Assembly (NCBI GenBank): GCA_028023455.1
Contig: JAQFVV010000010.1
Coordinates: 7,502,001 to 7,566,000, forward strand
Length of the DNA: 64,000 bases
DNA from: Epiperipatus broadwayi
Lineage: Eukaryota; Animalia; Onychophora
Direction: 5' to 3'
Under the pieces are notes generated by a model. That model saw only the letters and a list, made by a program, of their open reading frames with translations. It did no database searches and was not told where the DNA came from. This document shows positions 1 to 12,859 of this stretch, in pieces (positions within the stretch are counted from its first letter, which is position 1; each line of letters starts with the position of its first letter). The position numbers and the translations under genes were made by a program.

Positions 1-35
1 TAGTTTTGACTATTCAGTGGTCTTCCTCAGGTTTA
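1..35 (-). ncRNA. Decayed hammerhead-like motif (Penelope-type), cut by the window edge
   Basis: Minus strand reads CUGAGGA-A-GAC-CACUGAAUA-GUC-AAAAC. The core and a GAC/GUC stem II are present, but GAAA is AAAA (a change expected from CpG decay of GTCGAAAC). The 3' part lies outside the window. Confidence 0.4.
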
Positions 36-1479
36 AAAACTGATAATACAGTGCAACCCATTATTATCCAAACTTGCAAAATTGCTTACCGTTTTGATTG
101 TTTGACAACTTTCCTCAGAGCTTTAATATTTAAAAATTATTCCAAAACAGCTTACAGTTTTTAAATATTAAAAAAGGTTCTGATGGAGATTCTTGATTGT
201 CAAAACTGTAAGCAAAAAAAAAGTAAGTAAGTGCTGTATTGTATAAATTATTTATATTAGTAATGCGACTTCCTCCCATACAAAACACACAAAAATTTAT
301 TTGTCATAATTATATTCCCTTTTAATAATTCTTTATGCTGGAAATGAAAATCTAAATTCAACTTTGTATTATTGCAATTAAATGGAAATTATGGATTTTA
401 ATATCAAAGATATTGTTTTAATTTCTGAATTGAAATATGAAAATACATTTTTATGAAAACATTTTAAATAAAAGACTTGATAGATTCTTTCTTGATTGCA
501 AGAAAAAGAGTTAAATTGCATTTGGCTGATATGATTAGTAATATAACATCTGCTAAAAATATATTTATAAATCAGAACTATTGCCTTCAAATGAAAGTTT
601 CATTATCAAAAACTTGTAAATTAGGTAGAGAAAAATATTAATTTGTATAGTAGTAGGTTAAGGAGGAAAAAAATCTGGATAAGAAAAAATTTACTTTAAA
701 GTAAATTCTAGACAGAATTTATCTTATATGTGACAAAATGATGATAATTCAGCAAAACTTTTTATGCAAGAAAAGGATTTTAGAATATTTCATATGAATA
801 TTGCAAGTATGATGATCATTTTGATGTTCTATTATTACATGTATAAATGTTTGATTTTTCATTTGACATTATTATACTCACAGTAGGTATTAATATAATA
901 ATAGAAAACAACTATATTTAAATGAAAGATTTAATTTTGTTTTAAGAACTAGAAAAGACAGCAGCCTGAATGGTATTATCATTTATTTTAATCTTCAAGT
1001 TTTTTTGAGTATCTTCTATTAGTTTTTGCTGAATGTTTAAGTCATTGATATTTTTCTTAAAGAATCAAAAATTATAATTGTTGCACTTTCTAGATCATAT
1101 AAATAAAAAATTCAGAACTGTAATGATGAGCTAAAGCAGGAGTTTAACATTGATATTGTCAATAGAGCTGTTTGTAAAAAAACCCAGAATTATCTAATCG
1201 TGGCATAGTTGTAATTACTTCCTGCATCTTGATTCCAATTTATGCTACTAAACTATACATAGACTGTGAAATTATGAATTAAAATATGGGAATTCAAAGA
1301 AATACTCATAGGGATTATTTCAAAATTGGAAATCTAGATAAGATATTATTTAATAATGAATTGAGATATTTTATTGATTTACATACTGAAATGGATTATA
1401 AGATATAAAAAGCGGTGTTTAAAGTTTAATAATATTAAATTTTACTTTATAAAGTAATAACTGTTTGTTATTTTTAGAA

Positions 1480-3150
1480 AGTAAATAAATTAATTCTTGG
1501 TTTTATTTATGGACAAAAATTGTATAAGCATTTTTAAATATTGTCCAATAATGTTGAATTCAGTCAAAAAATAATGATAACAGATAAATAAACAAACAAC
1601 ATATACAAGAAAAAGATGAATTTTCTGGCAATTAAAGTATAAGAGTAAAATTTTTGATCAATTGTTAATAAGAAAATTACATATATATAAAATGTGGGAA
1701 TAAATTTTCACAAATTGTAATAAATGAACACACTGTCAATGTAAATGAAAAATTAATACAAAACTTTTTTTTTCAAAGGTGCTATGAAATATTATAAGCA
1801 AATAAAATGGAATTGATTTTTGTTAATCATTATTGGCTTCAGAAAATCTACTTTGCATTCTATTATTGTTAACCAAAATATGAAATATAAAAAATCAAAA
1901 GTTTTTGGTTTGGATGGAATTGCAATTTTTGATTAATCTATCAAATATAATTAGCATTTTTCCAGATATATTGAATAGATCAGTAAATATTCTTTTTTTT
2001 AAAAGTGATAAAATGCAAATGAATAATTATAGACCTATATGTCCGTTGTCTATTAGATCTAAAGTTTTTTGAAGAGTGCATTAAAAATAAAATTATTAAT
2101 TCTATCTTTAAATATTTTTTCTCTGAAAACCAATTTGAATTTTTACTGAGTAAATCAATTAATTGAGCATTATCAAATCATGTTTTATTTATTATGATTA
2201 AATAGAGCATACTTGTATAACAATGGGTTAATAGAGACTCATTAAGAAGTTGTATAATATGGACATTAGAGATTGCCTAGATGATTGGCAGACACTTTTA
2301 TTACAATAAAAAAATGTGTTAAAATAAAGAGAGCATTAATTAATTATTGTGTAATTAAATTTGGTGTACCACAAAAGTTCAATAATAGATCATTTTTCTT
2401 TATCATTTATTTTAATGATTGATTAAGTCTCCACACACATCTCACAATGTGTGGATGACACAGCATTAATATTATCTGTTACAACTTAGAACTTGCTTGA
2501 AAATTGATAAATGAGGATTTAAATAAAATTTTCTGTTGGTTATGTTATAATACTCTAGTGATGAATTTTGTGATATACCAGATATTGTAAGATGCGAAAA
2601 AACATCTAATGTTCAAGAAATCTCTGTTAAAATAGCAAACATTTAATTATAAAAGTTTATTCATCCATTCATTTAGGCTTAAAGTTGAACTCATATCTTA
2701 GTGGAATAAACAAATAATAGATTGACAACAAAATCTAAGATAATTAAAATTTGTATTTTTCCATAAAAAACTGTGAAACTGTAAACTATGCTATATCAAT
2801 ATATACAATTTCAATTATATGCTAACAAAAAAAAAAATGCAAATTTAATATATTTTATATGTGAGCAATCATTTTTCCCATCTCCGAGTGTCATAAGTGA
2901 TTACTTTAAAAAAAAAAAAAATCAAATTTGAAAATAAGTTTTACATTACCCAAAATGGTTGTTTTTCCATCTTGGAGCACCATATGTGATTGTGTTTATT
3001 AATAAAATTTTTTTGGTTTATGTTGAAGGCACATACAAACATGTTATTCTTCCTTTACTATCTTTTCTAAATTTGATCGCAAACTTTTTACAATAATTAA
3101 AAATATGTTTAAAGTTAATACTGACTTAAATAAATCAAAACAATTAAAGA
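1480..3150 (+). mobile_element. Decayed CR1/L2-group LINE reverse transcriptase remnant
   Basis: Frameshifted RT motifs in the expected order: GLDGI (~1907), NYRPICPL (2025-2048), SENQFEF, LIKKLYNMDIR, GVPQ (2363-2374), FIIYFNDL, VDDTAL (2451), NEDLNKIFCW. Many stops. Confidence 0.75.
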
Positions 3151-3760
3151 AATATTAGTTTCTTAATAACAAAGCTACTATTAAGTTTCTATAATGAGGA
3201 AAAAATATTGGGGGGGGGGATTTCACCAGAATGTATTTAATTGCTATGGAAGTCAGACATTTTGTTATTTTATTTAAAAAATAAAAATAGAGTACAATAA
3301 GTTTTTTTCTTATTCATATTTTTCACTGAATGAATGATTAAACACATATTCTATAAAATATATATGAATGTATAGCCTCAATTATTTATTAGTAACTACT
3401 TTTTAAAATTTTTTTATTTACACTATAATCTTAATTAATATATGCACTCTATATATAAAAACAGCTGTGTTTTATGTGTGTGGATTTGAACACTTACAGT
3501 TCAATAAACTATGTATCCTATTCTAATCAAGGTTTATCAACAAAATTTGAGCTATTATATGCAACGAATGATGTACATAAGTAGAATTTGGAGCAAAATC
3601 TATCTATTACAATTCCATTGTACTACTATAAATATATTTTTCTTCCTAAATTATATTTGAAGAGATACAAGCTTGTATCATTTAAGATCTTTAAAAGCTT
3701 TCTTCGCACAATTTTTCTTAAAATATTCTTGAATCACTTTATATTTTATTAGACAAATAA

Positions 3761-4163
3761 GTAAAATTAAGAGCGTGCTAATAGCTCTAAACAAGCTTTT
3801 TTTTTTAATTTATGATAAATGCTACTACAAGAGAAGGCATTCAAATCATTTTTATCTTGGATTGTCCCCATCCCCAGACCGGTTTCGACCTATGGGTCTC
3901 TTCAGTGAGGAGTTGGGACATTAGATTTAAAAAACCAACTCAAGCAAAGCATTTATCTAAAAGTTAATTGTTAGAAGAAGATCTGAAACTTTTAGACATC
4001 TACATGTCTTTAAAGTCAAATGATTTGAATGCCTTCTCTTGTAGTAGCATTTATCATAAATAAAAAAAGCTTGTTTAGAGCTATTAGCACGCTCTTAATT
4101 TTACATATTTGTAAGTGCAAGCTATATATAAGTCATGTGACAACTGACTTGTTATTATTACTA
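3761..4163 (-). mobile_element. 403-bp non-autonomous Penelope-type/retrozyme-like mini-element with internal inversion
   Basis: Flanked by a 15-bp direct repeat TTATTAGACAAATAA (3746-3760 and 4164-4178). About 95-bp inverted arms (3753-3851 / 4018-4112) enclose a hammerhead motif. Confidence 0.7.
3863..3920 (-). ncRNA. Type I hammerhead ribozyme with intact core
   Basis: Minus strand: UGUCCC-AAC-UCCUCA CUGAAGA GACC-CAUA-GGUC GAAA CCGGU C UGGGGA-UG-GGGACA. Core CUGANGA/GAAA/GUC is intact. Stem II is 4 bp, stem III is the palindrome ACCGGU, and stem I is 6+6 bp around an internal loop. Predicted cleavage between 3877 and 3876. Confidence 0.9.
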
Positions 4164-4229
4164 TTATTAGACAAATAAAAAAATAAACACTTTAATGCAA
4201 ATAATAATTCAGAATAATTTAAGATTCTG

Positions 4230-4860
4230 CTGTATTAATTATTTCAATTACCCCTGTCTTTATATATGAGACATTTATATTTGTATATTTTAAAATTTCA
4301 CAAATGACTTTTTCATTTGAAGTTTATTAGTAATTAGTGATTAATTAAATCTATTTTAATTAGTCTTAATTTATCTATAAACTTTTTTCTTTGGAATCTT
4401 ATATTTTTGCTGATTATTTAACTGCTAAAGTTAAGTTTTTTTTGCTCATTTATATCTTTCACAACTTATTTACATTGGAATTTTCATTATGCTTTAAATA
4501 ATTTCCATTTTTCATCAGAATTTATCATTTAGACCTTTACAATTTCTATATAATTTATAACTTAACTAACATTCTCCAATACCAACAATTCATTTATTCT
4601 TTATTTTTATAAAATGTGGATTACAATTCATAACTATTAAACTGATTTGAATTTACATTAGCTCCAAAATATCTATATATACCCTCAATACTATTCCATA
4701 TCTACTTTGTATGATTATACGTAAGCTCATATTTTGATGATTTTCACGTAAAATCCCTTTGCTTTTTACTTATCTATTTAACCATGTTTCGTACTTCTCA
4801 TATTATAAGCCTAACTTGTAGCTTCTTCAATCTATAGCAGAACATTGTAGCATAATAGTA
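4230..4860 (-). mobile_element. Possible highly decayed RTE-like LINE fragment
   Basis: Minus translation gives YRYFG and MNCWYWRML, resembling the RTE motifs YLG and EMWCYRRML. Otherwise riddled with stops. Confidence 0.3.
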
Positions 4861-5368
4861 AAAGGGAGAAAAAAATTTTTTTTTATATATGTTTCTGATA
4901 TCTGGTCTTGATTGCAAATAAAAATAATTTATTAAATATACAAGATTTACAGTCATATATATTTCAACATAAGATAGAAATAGATATATTTTCAGACTGT
5001 TGATGAAAACCAGCTTTATTGAGATGTAGCCACTAAGGCTAAATAAAGAGATTACTATTTAAAAAAAAATCAATGATTTGAAAAATCAAATAAAATACAG
5101 TATAAATTTAAATTTTATTCCCAAATAAAAAAAATAAATATAAATATTTCCTCAGATTAACATTTCGAAGATTGAATATCACTTGCAAATGTCTATATAA
5201 TAATAATGCAAATGATTTGAAAGTTCATTAAATAAAAAATTATTCATATTATTTTTATTTCAAATAAAAAAGCTTTTTAATGTTATTTAATTTATACTTG
5301 AAAAATATGAAATGTTTGGAAATATTTAAAATTTAAAAAAACCCAACAACTATTTCAATAAATAGATA

Positions 5369-5484
5369 TGCCAATAAAAAATACTTTATGCCTTTCTCAA
5401 TTAAATTATTCCAAGTTATTTTTATCTGCCAATAAAAAATACTTTATGCCTTTCTCAATTAAATTATTCCAAGTTATTTTTATC
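5369..5484. repeat. Perfect 58-bp tandem duplication (2 copies)
   Basis: TGCCAATAAAAAATACTTTATGCC...TTTTTATC at 5369-5426 and 5427-5484, identical. Confidence 0.95.
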
Positions 5485-5704
5485 TTATGTAAATTGTGAT
5501 TAAATGTATATGGTTATGATATTAACTACTTTTATTTTAAGTGATTTTCATAATTTTGTAAAAAAAAATATGTTGGAACTAAAATTAAATTCATACAGTA
5601 ATAATTACTATGTAAACAAGACACTAAAGTTATACGGTATTTTAAAATCACACTTTTTTTTCCTCAGTGATGAAATGTTTATTCGTAAAAAAAATCAGAT
5701 ACAG

Positions 5705-8700
5705 TAAAATAAATGAAATTACAGGAGCAACATGGTAAGAGGGGAAGGATACATGTAAAAAGGGAATGGGAAGAGGAGAGAGGAAATGGGGTGTAGTCCA
5801 GGCCGGTCAGAAATGCATGTCTTTGTGATTGAGTCCTATGACAGAGGCTGAGAGAATGGAGGATTGCCCAAGTGTCTGTGAGGAGTGGAGATGGGGCTAG
5901 TTTGGTATCTTGAGTTTTGAGAGTGCGAATTAGGTCCAAGAGCTTTTGATTGACTGAATGTTCTCTCTGGTCAATGATAATGGCACATCGGAGCAACCAG
6001 AGATTATAGATGAGAAAAACTGAGTCTAATAGCTGTCAGATCCCTGTTTCTATGTATTCTTGGAGGTTGACGATGGCATTCCTGTGCGAGGAAAGGCAGG
6101 AGTTAATGACATTTCTCATGCCAAGCAGAAAAGGACATTTAAGTAGGAAGTGCTGGAGGGTTTCGTTGTCAGTTATGGGAGATCTTGGTGAAACCCCTAC
6201 AGTTGACCAAAAATTGAGGGAGTGAAGATTGATTTCGAGTAGGAAATTGAGGAATTTTGCCTCAAGGGACCACCTTTTGAATTTGCGGATTGAGCATTGG
6301 TAAGTTCGAGGAATGTAGAAGTCTGCTGTCTGATTGAAAACCTTCCAGTACTTTAGTTTGCTGCTGATGGATGGTATAACAAAGCCAGCCTTTTGTATGA
6401 TGTTGGCAATAAGTGAGGTCCATGATCTAGGTCTGCCACTGGGAGGAGGAGTGTGGGTGAGTGTGATAATATGCGCAAGATTGGCAGGGAAGTGACTAAG
6501 GAGTGAGGACAATGTTGGCATCTCTGGATCAGAAGAGTGTTGATGGAGTGCAGGCCCAACCCATTAAGATTTTTAGGAAAACAAGTTCTTTTTAGGCTGA
6601 TGGCGACCACCTTTCTGCCCCAGAGAAAACGGGTGCAAAGGGAGTTGATTTTGGATATAAAGGAATGTGTAGGTAGAACAATGGGGAGGTAGTATGCTAT
6701 TTTAGGAAACCCTAGAAGATTGAGGAGAGTGACTTTCCCATAAAGGGAGAGGTAGATGCCTGTGATAGCGCTGAGAGTGGATATGCTTTGATAGTGTGGT
6801 TTGGACCTGTATTCTCATATCCCTTAGGAGACAGCATGAGGGGGATCCGAGAAAGTTGTGTGGCTTGGCATTGAAGGTGGAAGAGATTTGTTTACCAGTT
6901 AAAAGTTGCCAGGCCACTGATTTATCACTGCTAAATTCCAGCCTGTATGTTTTGGAATACTAGGTGAGAATCCGTTAGAGCCTCGGGATAAGATCAACTG
7001 AGGGGAGGAAGACTATCACATCATCTACATAAGCAAGACATTTGATGCTTTTGCTCAATGCAGGAATGAAGATGCCAGGAAGATCATGTTCTAGCCAGAG
7101 CAAGAGGGGATTCAGAAATGCAGTTAACAACAAAGTTCTCAGTGAAGAGCCATGAGGGATGGATATGTTGGGTGTGAAGCCAGGGGCAACTTTCCCATCC
7201 AGGGTAACTAGGATTTCTGTTAGACAGGAGATTGTGGAGGATAGACAGAAGGGCCTCTGGGATGTTCAGGTTTCTGAGGACACCAAGGAGTAGGTCGACT
7301 CTAACACTCAAAGGCTGTCTGGATGTCTACTAGTTGGACAGCGATGGGCCCGCCATTTCAAGACTGCCTAACATGCTCTATGGTCATTTTAAAGAGTGTG
7401 GCAGCCCCAAGAGTGGAGCGCCCCTACAAGCAAACTGTGAGTCAGAAAGGGCAAGGAGTATGAATTGTTCTAGTGACTCTTTTTAATGGTAGACTCAATA
7501 AGTTTTATGAGCAGAAGGGTCATTGAAATGGGCCTAAGACTCGTGAGCTCAGTATGTGGGTGATCTTTAAGGAAAGAGACTAATATTACTAGATAGAGAC
7601 CCTCAATGATGTAAGCATCTGAGGCCAGCTTGTTGATCATGTTGAGAGTAATGGGGATGGTAAACTGACTTAGGCAGAGAAGGATAAACTTGGGGATAAC
7701 ATAAGGACCAGGGTGGACATGGTCAGAAAAGCTTTTCAGTTTGTTAAGTAGCATGGTCTGGGTGATGCCAGGATCAGAGTTGACATTCAAGGTTGATGGC
7801 ATAGTGAAAGGAGGGATGTCAGCTTTGAGAAGCATGTGCTTGTAATGGTTTCTCAAATGAAGGAGCAATTTGACCTATGTATGATTTGTTGCTGACCGTG
7901 ATGGATGAGGGGGTGGTTTGCTTCCTGTGGGAACCAAGAGCCCATCCCAGGTAACTTCTGGTCCAACAATGCTGATTCCCCACATACCTCTGGGTGCGTT
8001 TGACTGAGATATACTCAGCCAAGGCCTTTTGAGCATCGCGGTATTGAAGTTTCAGTTGGATGATGGTCTAATGTCTAATGGCCCACTCTCCTGATCATTT
8101 AGTTGCTCTGAAATTTTATCCAAGGAAGCCAGCAACTTGAGTGACCCTCGGAATTTCAGGTGTATTTGTGGATGGCAGCTTGAAGGATTTCCACAAATGT
8201 GAATCATGCAGAGATGGGCTCCATTTGAAGGATACTGATTTTATGAAGGTATATATAAATTTCTGAAAGCAGTGCTATTGGCGTATTTTGTTTGTTGAGG
8301 AATCGTATTGTTCTTCTGAGGCCAAGGTTTACTGGAGGGCCAGAATTAATGTCAAGAGAGAGGTATAATGTCTTGTGATCTGAAAAAGGTTATGGTATGG
8401 AGTTGGGCCGATTCAATCATGAAATGGAGATCAGGAGAGTAGAATGTTAAATCAATGAGGGTCTGATTCTTACAGGTGTAGAAAGAGTAGGCATGGTCTG
8501 GGAAAAAGCCCTGGTCACACATTAAGCCCCTGGAGAAGAGATGTAGATATTTGTTTGTGAAGGACTGGTAGCCCATATTGAAGTCACCCAGAAGAAGAAT
8601 GGAAAGGGAGGTGGTAGTTGTGATATTATTGATTCAGTGAATAATAGATTTAATGAGGGTGTCACTATCATTGGAGGGCAGATATAAATAAATTACAAAA

Positions 8701-8962
8701 CTTCTGAAGCGCCCAAATTGCACCTCCAAGATAACAGGATGAGTGTTGATATGTATGATGGAAAAGGTAGAGGGAGGGGCATGTTTATTAATGATGGCGA
8801 CTGCTCCAGCAGAAGTCAAGGCAGAAGAATACTTGGAAAGACCAAAGGTGGACAAAGTGGAGTAAATCCTGTAGTTGAAGTGAGTGAAGAGTTTAGTTTC
8901 AGGAAGATGATGTTGGGAGAGTTGAGTTCAAACCAATGTTTGAGAGCGAGGCCCCGAATCTA
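5705..8962 (-). mobile_element. Near-complete but frameshifted non-LTR retrotransposon ORF2 (APE endonuclease, RT, C-terminal CCHC-like region)
   Basis: APE motifs: IRGL and PNIIFL-ETK (~8960-8890), GDFN (8577-8588), LIDLTF, SDHK (~8375). RT motifs: LRPISMTLL, QFACR, VDIQTAFE, SIPHGSSL, LAYVDD (YVDD 7020-7031), LEFSSDKS. C-terminal ETLQHFLLKCP. Much higher GC than the flanks. Confidence 0.9.
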
Positions 8963-9445
8963 ATCAATATTTCCATTATTTTTTCCAAAATATTTTTAAT
9001 ATATTACATATTTATAGAAATATAAAACAAAAACTTTCCCTAAAGTTAAACTAAAAAAATATCTTAATATATATATTTAGTCAGTTAATAGATTTCTGAT
9101 TTTTAAAATGATAGATTCTCTACAAAAAATAAAACACACACATATAAAGACAGAAATACCACAAACCATTTGTAAATAATTGTTTAATTTCTTTTTTTTT
9201 TTAAAAAATTTCAAAGCATTTTTAATGAACCTTGACTGTTCCTCATTATATTTACAGCAACTCAAATCTATTATTATTATTAAATGCTTTTATTTAAGTT
9301 ACTTTTTTTTAAAAATACTTTTAAAGACTTTTATTATTTAAATCAGAATAAAAAATCTTTAATAGATTTGAATTCAATAAAATTGTTTCAAATTTGGTAA
9401 AGAAGAAAGAAATATCATGAAAAGCAATATGGAATCATATTTTAG

Positions 9446-9800
9446 GTAGGTGACTTAATTTCTTAGATCTGGAACCAAATAGGTGGGGAAATCTTGAATA
9501 TTTTGATAGCAAATTTAGAAGTCATTTCTAGAATTTTAATATATCTTAAATAAAGATTGTAAGAAAGTGGTAATTTTTTTTTTTGGTTTCAATTTAAAAT
9601 TATAATAACATTTTATATATTTTTTTTTAAAATTACTACCAACTGATAGAGAATTACAATATTTTAGCTAGGTGGTCTAGATTCTTAGATATAGAACAGT
9701 GGGCAAAGTTTTTTTTAATATTTTGATATCAAATTTAAACATTGTTCTTAGAGCTCCAATATGTTTGAAGTAATAAATATGATTTTCTTGATTTCAATTG
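9446..9800. repeat. Old, diverged direct duplication with ~220-bp period
   Basis: TAGGTG...TTCTTAGAT...AATATTTTGATA.CAAATTTA.A occurs at ~9446-9550 and ~9669-9770. Confidence 0.5.
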
Positions 9801-12134
9801 CAATCTTGATTTAAATAAAATTAGTTTACAACATAGTTTTGTTAAGCTTTTTATTTATTTATTTTTCCCCCCAAATAAAAAAAAAAGTTAAATACTTTTC
9901 AAGCATCTTCAAATTTAAGGTCCAGTAGGATTTACGGTGCTCAGAAAATTAGGAAAGTTTTTTAAAAATGATTTTATTGAAAAATAAGAAACATTTTTAT
10001 TTACTTAAATAGGAACTAATATAAATACATTAAGCTCACAATTTATTGCAAATCTTCAGAATACTTTCACTTTCTATATCTTTAATTTCAGAACTTGAAT
10101 TCTCATCTTCACCATTCCACCAGGGTACATCATCTTCAGACTATTTAAATAATTAGCAATGCAACATTTTAAGACATTTTTCTTTTGATAATTTCTTCAG
10201 ATATAACTAACTGTCCAAAAATGCAAAATCCACTCAAAACTATACATATATTATTTGCATTACAGTCTTTTTTTTTGTGTAAATACTGTAACTTTGATTT
10301 TCAAAGAAAAGATTTTAAAATATAGTATTGACATTTAATATTAGCAGTACATCTTTTTTTTATATATTAAAAATCTTTCCTTAAAATGCTAATTAATATT
10401 TTGTCAGATTATTAAAGTAAACTTCTCTTTATAATTGGCAAAAATAATCTATAGCAGTCAACATAAAACGTATTTTTATTATCCAATTATAAATTGCAGT
10501 TATATGTCAATGAATTCTTTCTCAATTTGTTTTTGTGTAAAAGTAAATTTTTCTATTAAAATCTGAATGAATCTAAAATAATATTTTCATAAATATTTTC
10601 TGAAAAAAATTATAAATGTGTAAAAAAAGATTCTAAAACATATATTTACTTTGAAAAAAAAATGAAGATATCAGAATTGTCAAAATCATTGATAGGCAGT
10701 CTCTTGTATAGAGAACAAGAAACAACTAATCAGAATGAAGGCAGTTTCTTATCTAAGTTGTATTGATTTATTAGTTGTAAAAAATTCTAAAGGTTATTCA
10801 ATATGTTTTTTTTTGATAAAGTAATGGTAAAATTGATAAAATAATGTTAAAAGTAGCAGTTTGAGAGAGAATTAGTCATTTACGAAATTAATCCCAAAAT
10901 ATTAAACATGCTATTCTACACAGATCAACAATCATAATACTATGTGCATGTATAAACTTAGAGCAAAGATCCACAGAAATAAGATGTTAAAAATTTTTGT
11001 TCCCAATTTAAGATGCACCCTTCTTTTTCAGGCTCAAAATATGGAAAAAAGGTATATGGGCAAAAAATATGTCTTATTTTCAAAGTAATACAATATATTA
11101 TTAAGTACACATTAATTTATAGCAGAAATATATATATATCAACTATGTCAAGTCAATTTAATAAAAAAACAATGGTTTTAAATTTTTATTTACTGTGCCA
11201 ATACTAAAAAGTTAAAAATAGAGATAAACATTTTACTCCATTCATTTATTTCAAGTTACATCTAAAATATATATATATGTTGCTTTTAGCGCATAGTAAA
11301 TGAAAGCATTTAATTTTTTTTTTTTATCTCTATTTATTCCTTTTAATATTTTTCAATAAATTAATCACTGATTTAACACAAATAAGAACAGTGAAGATAC
11401 TGTTATTTAAGAAATAAAAAAAGTTTAAGATTATTCATAAAAAAATATTTAGTATTTTATATTTTAATAAAAGTGAAAGAATTTCTACTAAAAAAATTAA
11501 AACTCCAATTTTACATTATTTTATAATCTCTCAATATATGTTTTTTTTTAAATAGATACTTTCTAAAATCTTTGAGCTCATATAAAATTCAAAAACAAAA
11601 AGTGATTAATGACATACAATATAATTTCTTTGTAAGTATTACTAGTTGAACTAAATTAAATAAATTTCAATAGAGTAACAAAAAATAAGTCAAATTTCAA
11701 TTTACATATTTGAAATATCAATAATCCTGAATATAATTTTATAGAAATTAATTTCAATAAGCTACATTTTACATATTTAATTTATAATCAGAAAAAAATA
11801 TGCAAAATGAATGAACAAGCATATTAAAATATAGTCCACTTTAACTTTGACTTCTAATCTTGTATAAAGATTTTGGGATTTATGTATTAGACCCACAACA
11901 CATTAGCCATTCTACACCAATTCACATCCATATCAATCCACCAAAAACATAATTAAAAGCACTGAAGTAAAACACTTGAGAAGAACTTGGCCGAAAAATC
12001 TTGATAATAAATGATAAAAACTATTTAAGTGTAAATTTATCATGTTACACCTTATTGGATGAGATCACAGGATTTATTTGAGAGGATCACAAATTATTAA
12101 TTTATCACAGATGTGAAAAGATGTAGCAGGTCTT

Positions 12135-12380
12135 ATATGTAAGAGTGAAGTGGAATTGGGCTGGACATATTACTAGAAGAGATAATGGACAGTTGAATGC
12201 TTAAATGGGATCCCAAGAGACTATATAAAAGACCTAGAAAGAGATCACATGTGAGATGGATGAAATAAGCAAGTGTGTTGGGGCGATGTAGAGAAGAGAC
12301 CAGAGATCGGAGAAGATGGATTGAACTTGGAGAGACCTTCATCTTACAGTGAATGATAATGGTTGAAAATGATGATAATA
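12135..12380 (+). mobile_element. RTE-clade LINE 3' end
   Basis: KWNWAGHITRR (from 12148), KWDPKRLYKRPRK, RDRRRWIELGETFILQ, then a TGA/TAA-rich tail. This is a typical RTE C-terminus. Confidence 0.85.
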
Positions 12381-12859
12381 GCCTAATTTCAAGGAACATC
12401 CTTGGAAAGCTGGTTAACACCATTAAGAATTGTGATGAAATTATTTTTAAAAATAGCTTCCTTGGCAACTAGCATACTTTATTAGTGAATACTTTATCCC
12501 AATTTGAAAAAGCTTCCAGCCAAAACTGAATTCTCAGTTCCCATGAGAAATATTAAAGTTGTTTCAAGGAAAATTTATAAAATGCTATTAAATATATCAA
12601 AAACTTACCAAAAACCCCCAAAATAGTTTCATAACCAAAGATTCTTCTCAAAGCAGTGATATCCTGCCTGGTTATTCAATAAGAATTTACAAATGAAAAA
12701 TTATGATGTAAAAAATGGAATTCTTATGAGGTTCCAAACAAAAATGAAATTTAGCAGCCAACAATCTATGTAGATAAGGACCAAATGGTTAATGACTATC
12801 AAATTTATTTCCTGGTTGAAATCTCTAGTTTCTATTACAGTATTTTGTTAATAGTTGAA

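Noticed and set aside
378-590. Short AT-rich ORFs of the track (e.g. 378-590, 5504-5707, 11013-11207, 22974-23177, 40248-40529, 50031-50222)
   Set aside because: I/K/F/N/Y-rich translations typical of chance frames in AT-rich DNA, with no domain signal.
47-1400. Tigger-like TIR start (TACAGTGCAACCCATT) and possible pogo remnant
   Set aside because: No matching second TIR and no convincing DDE motifs.
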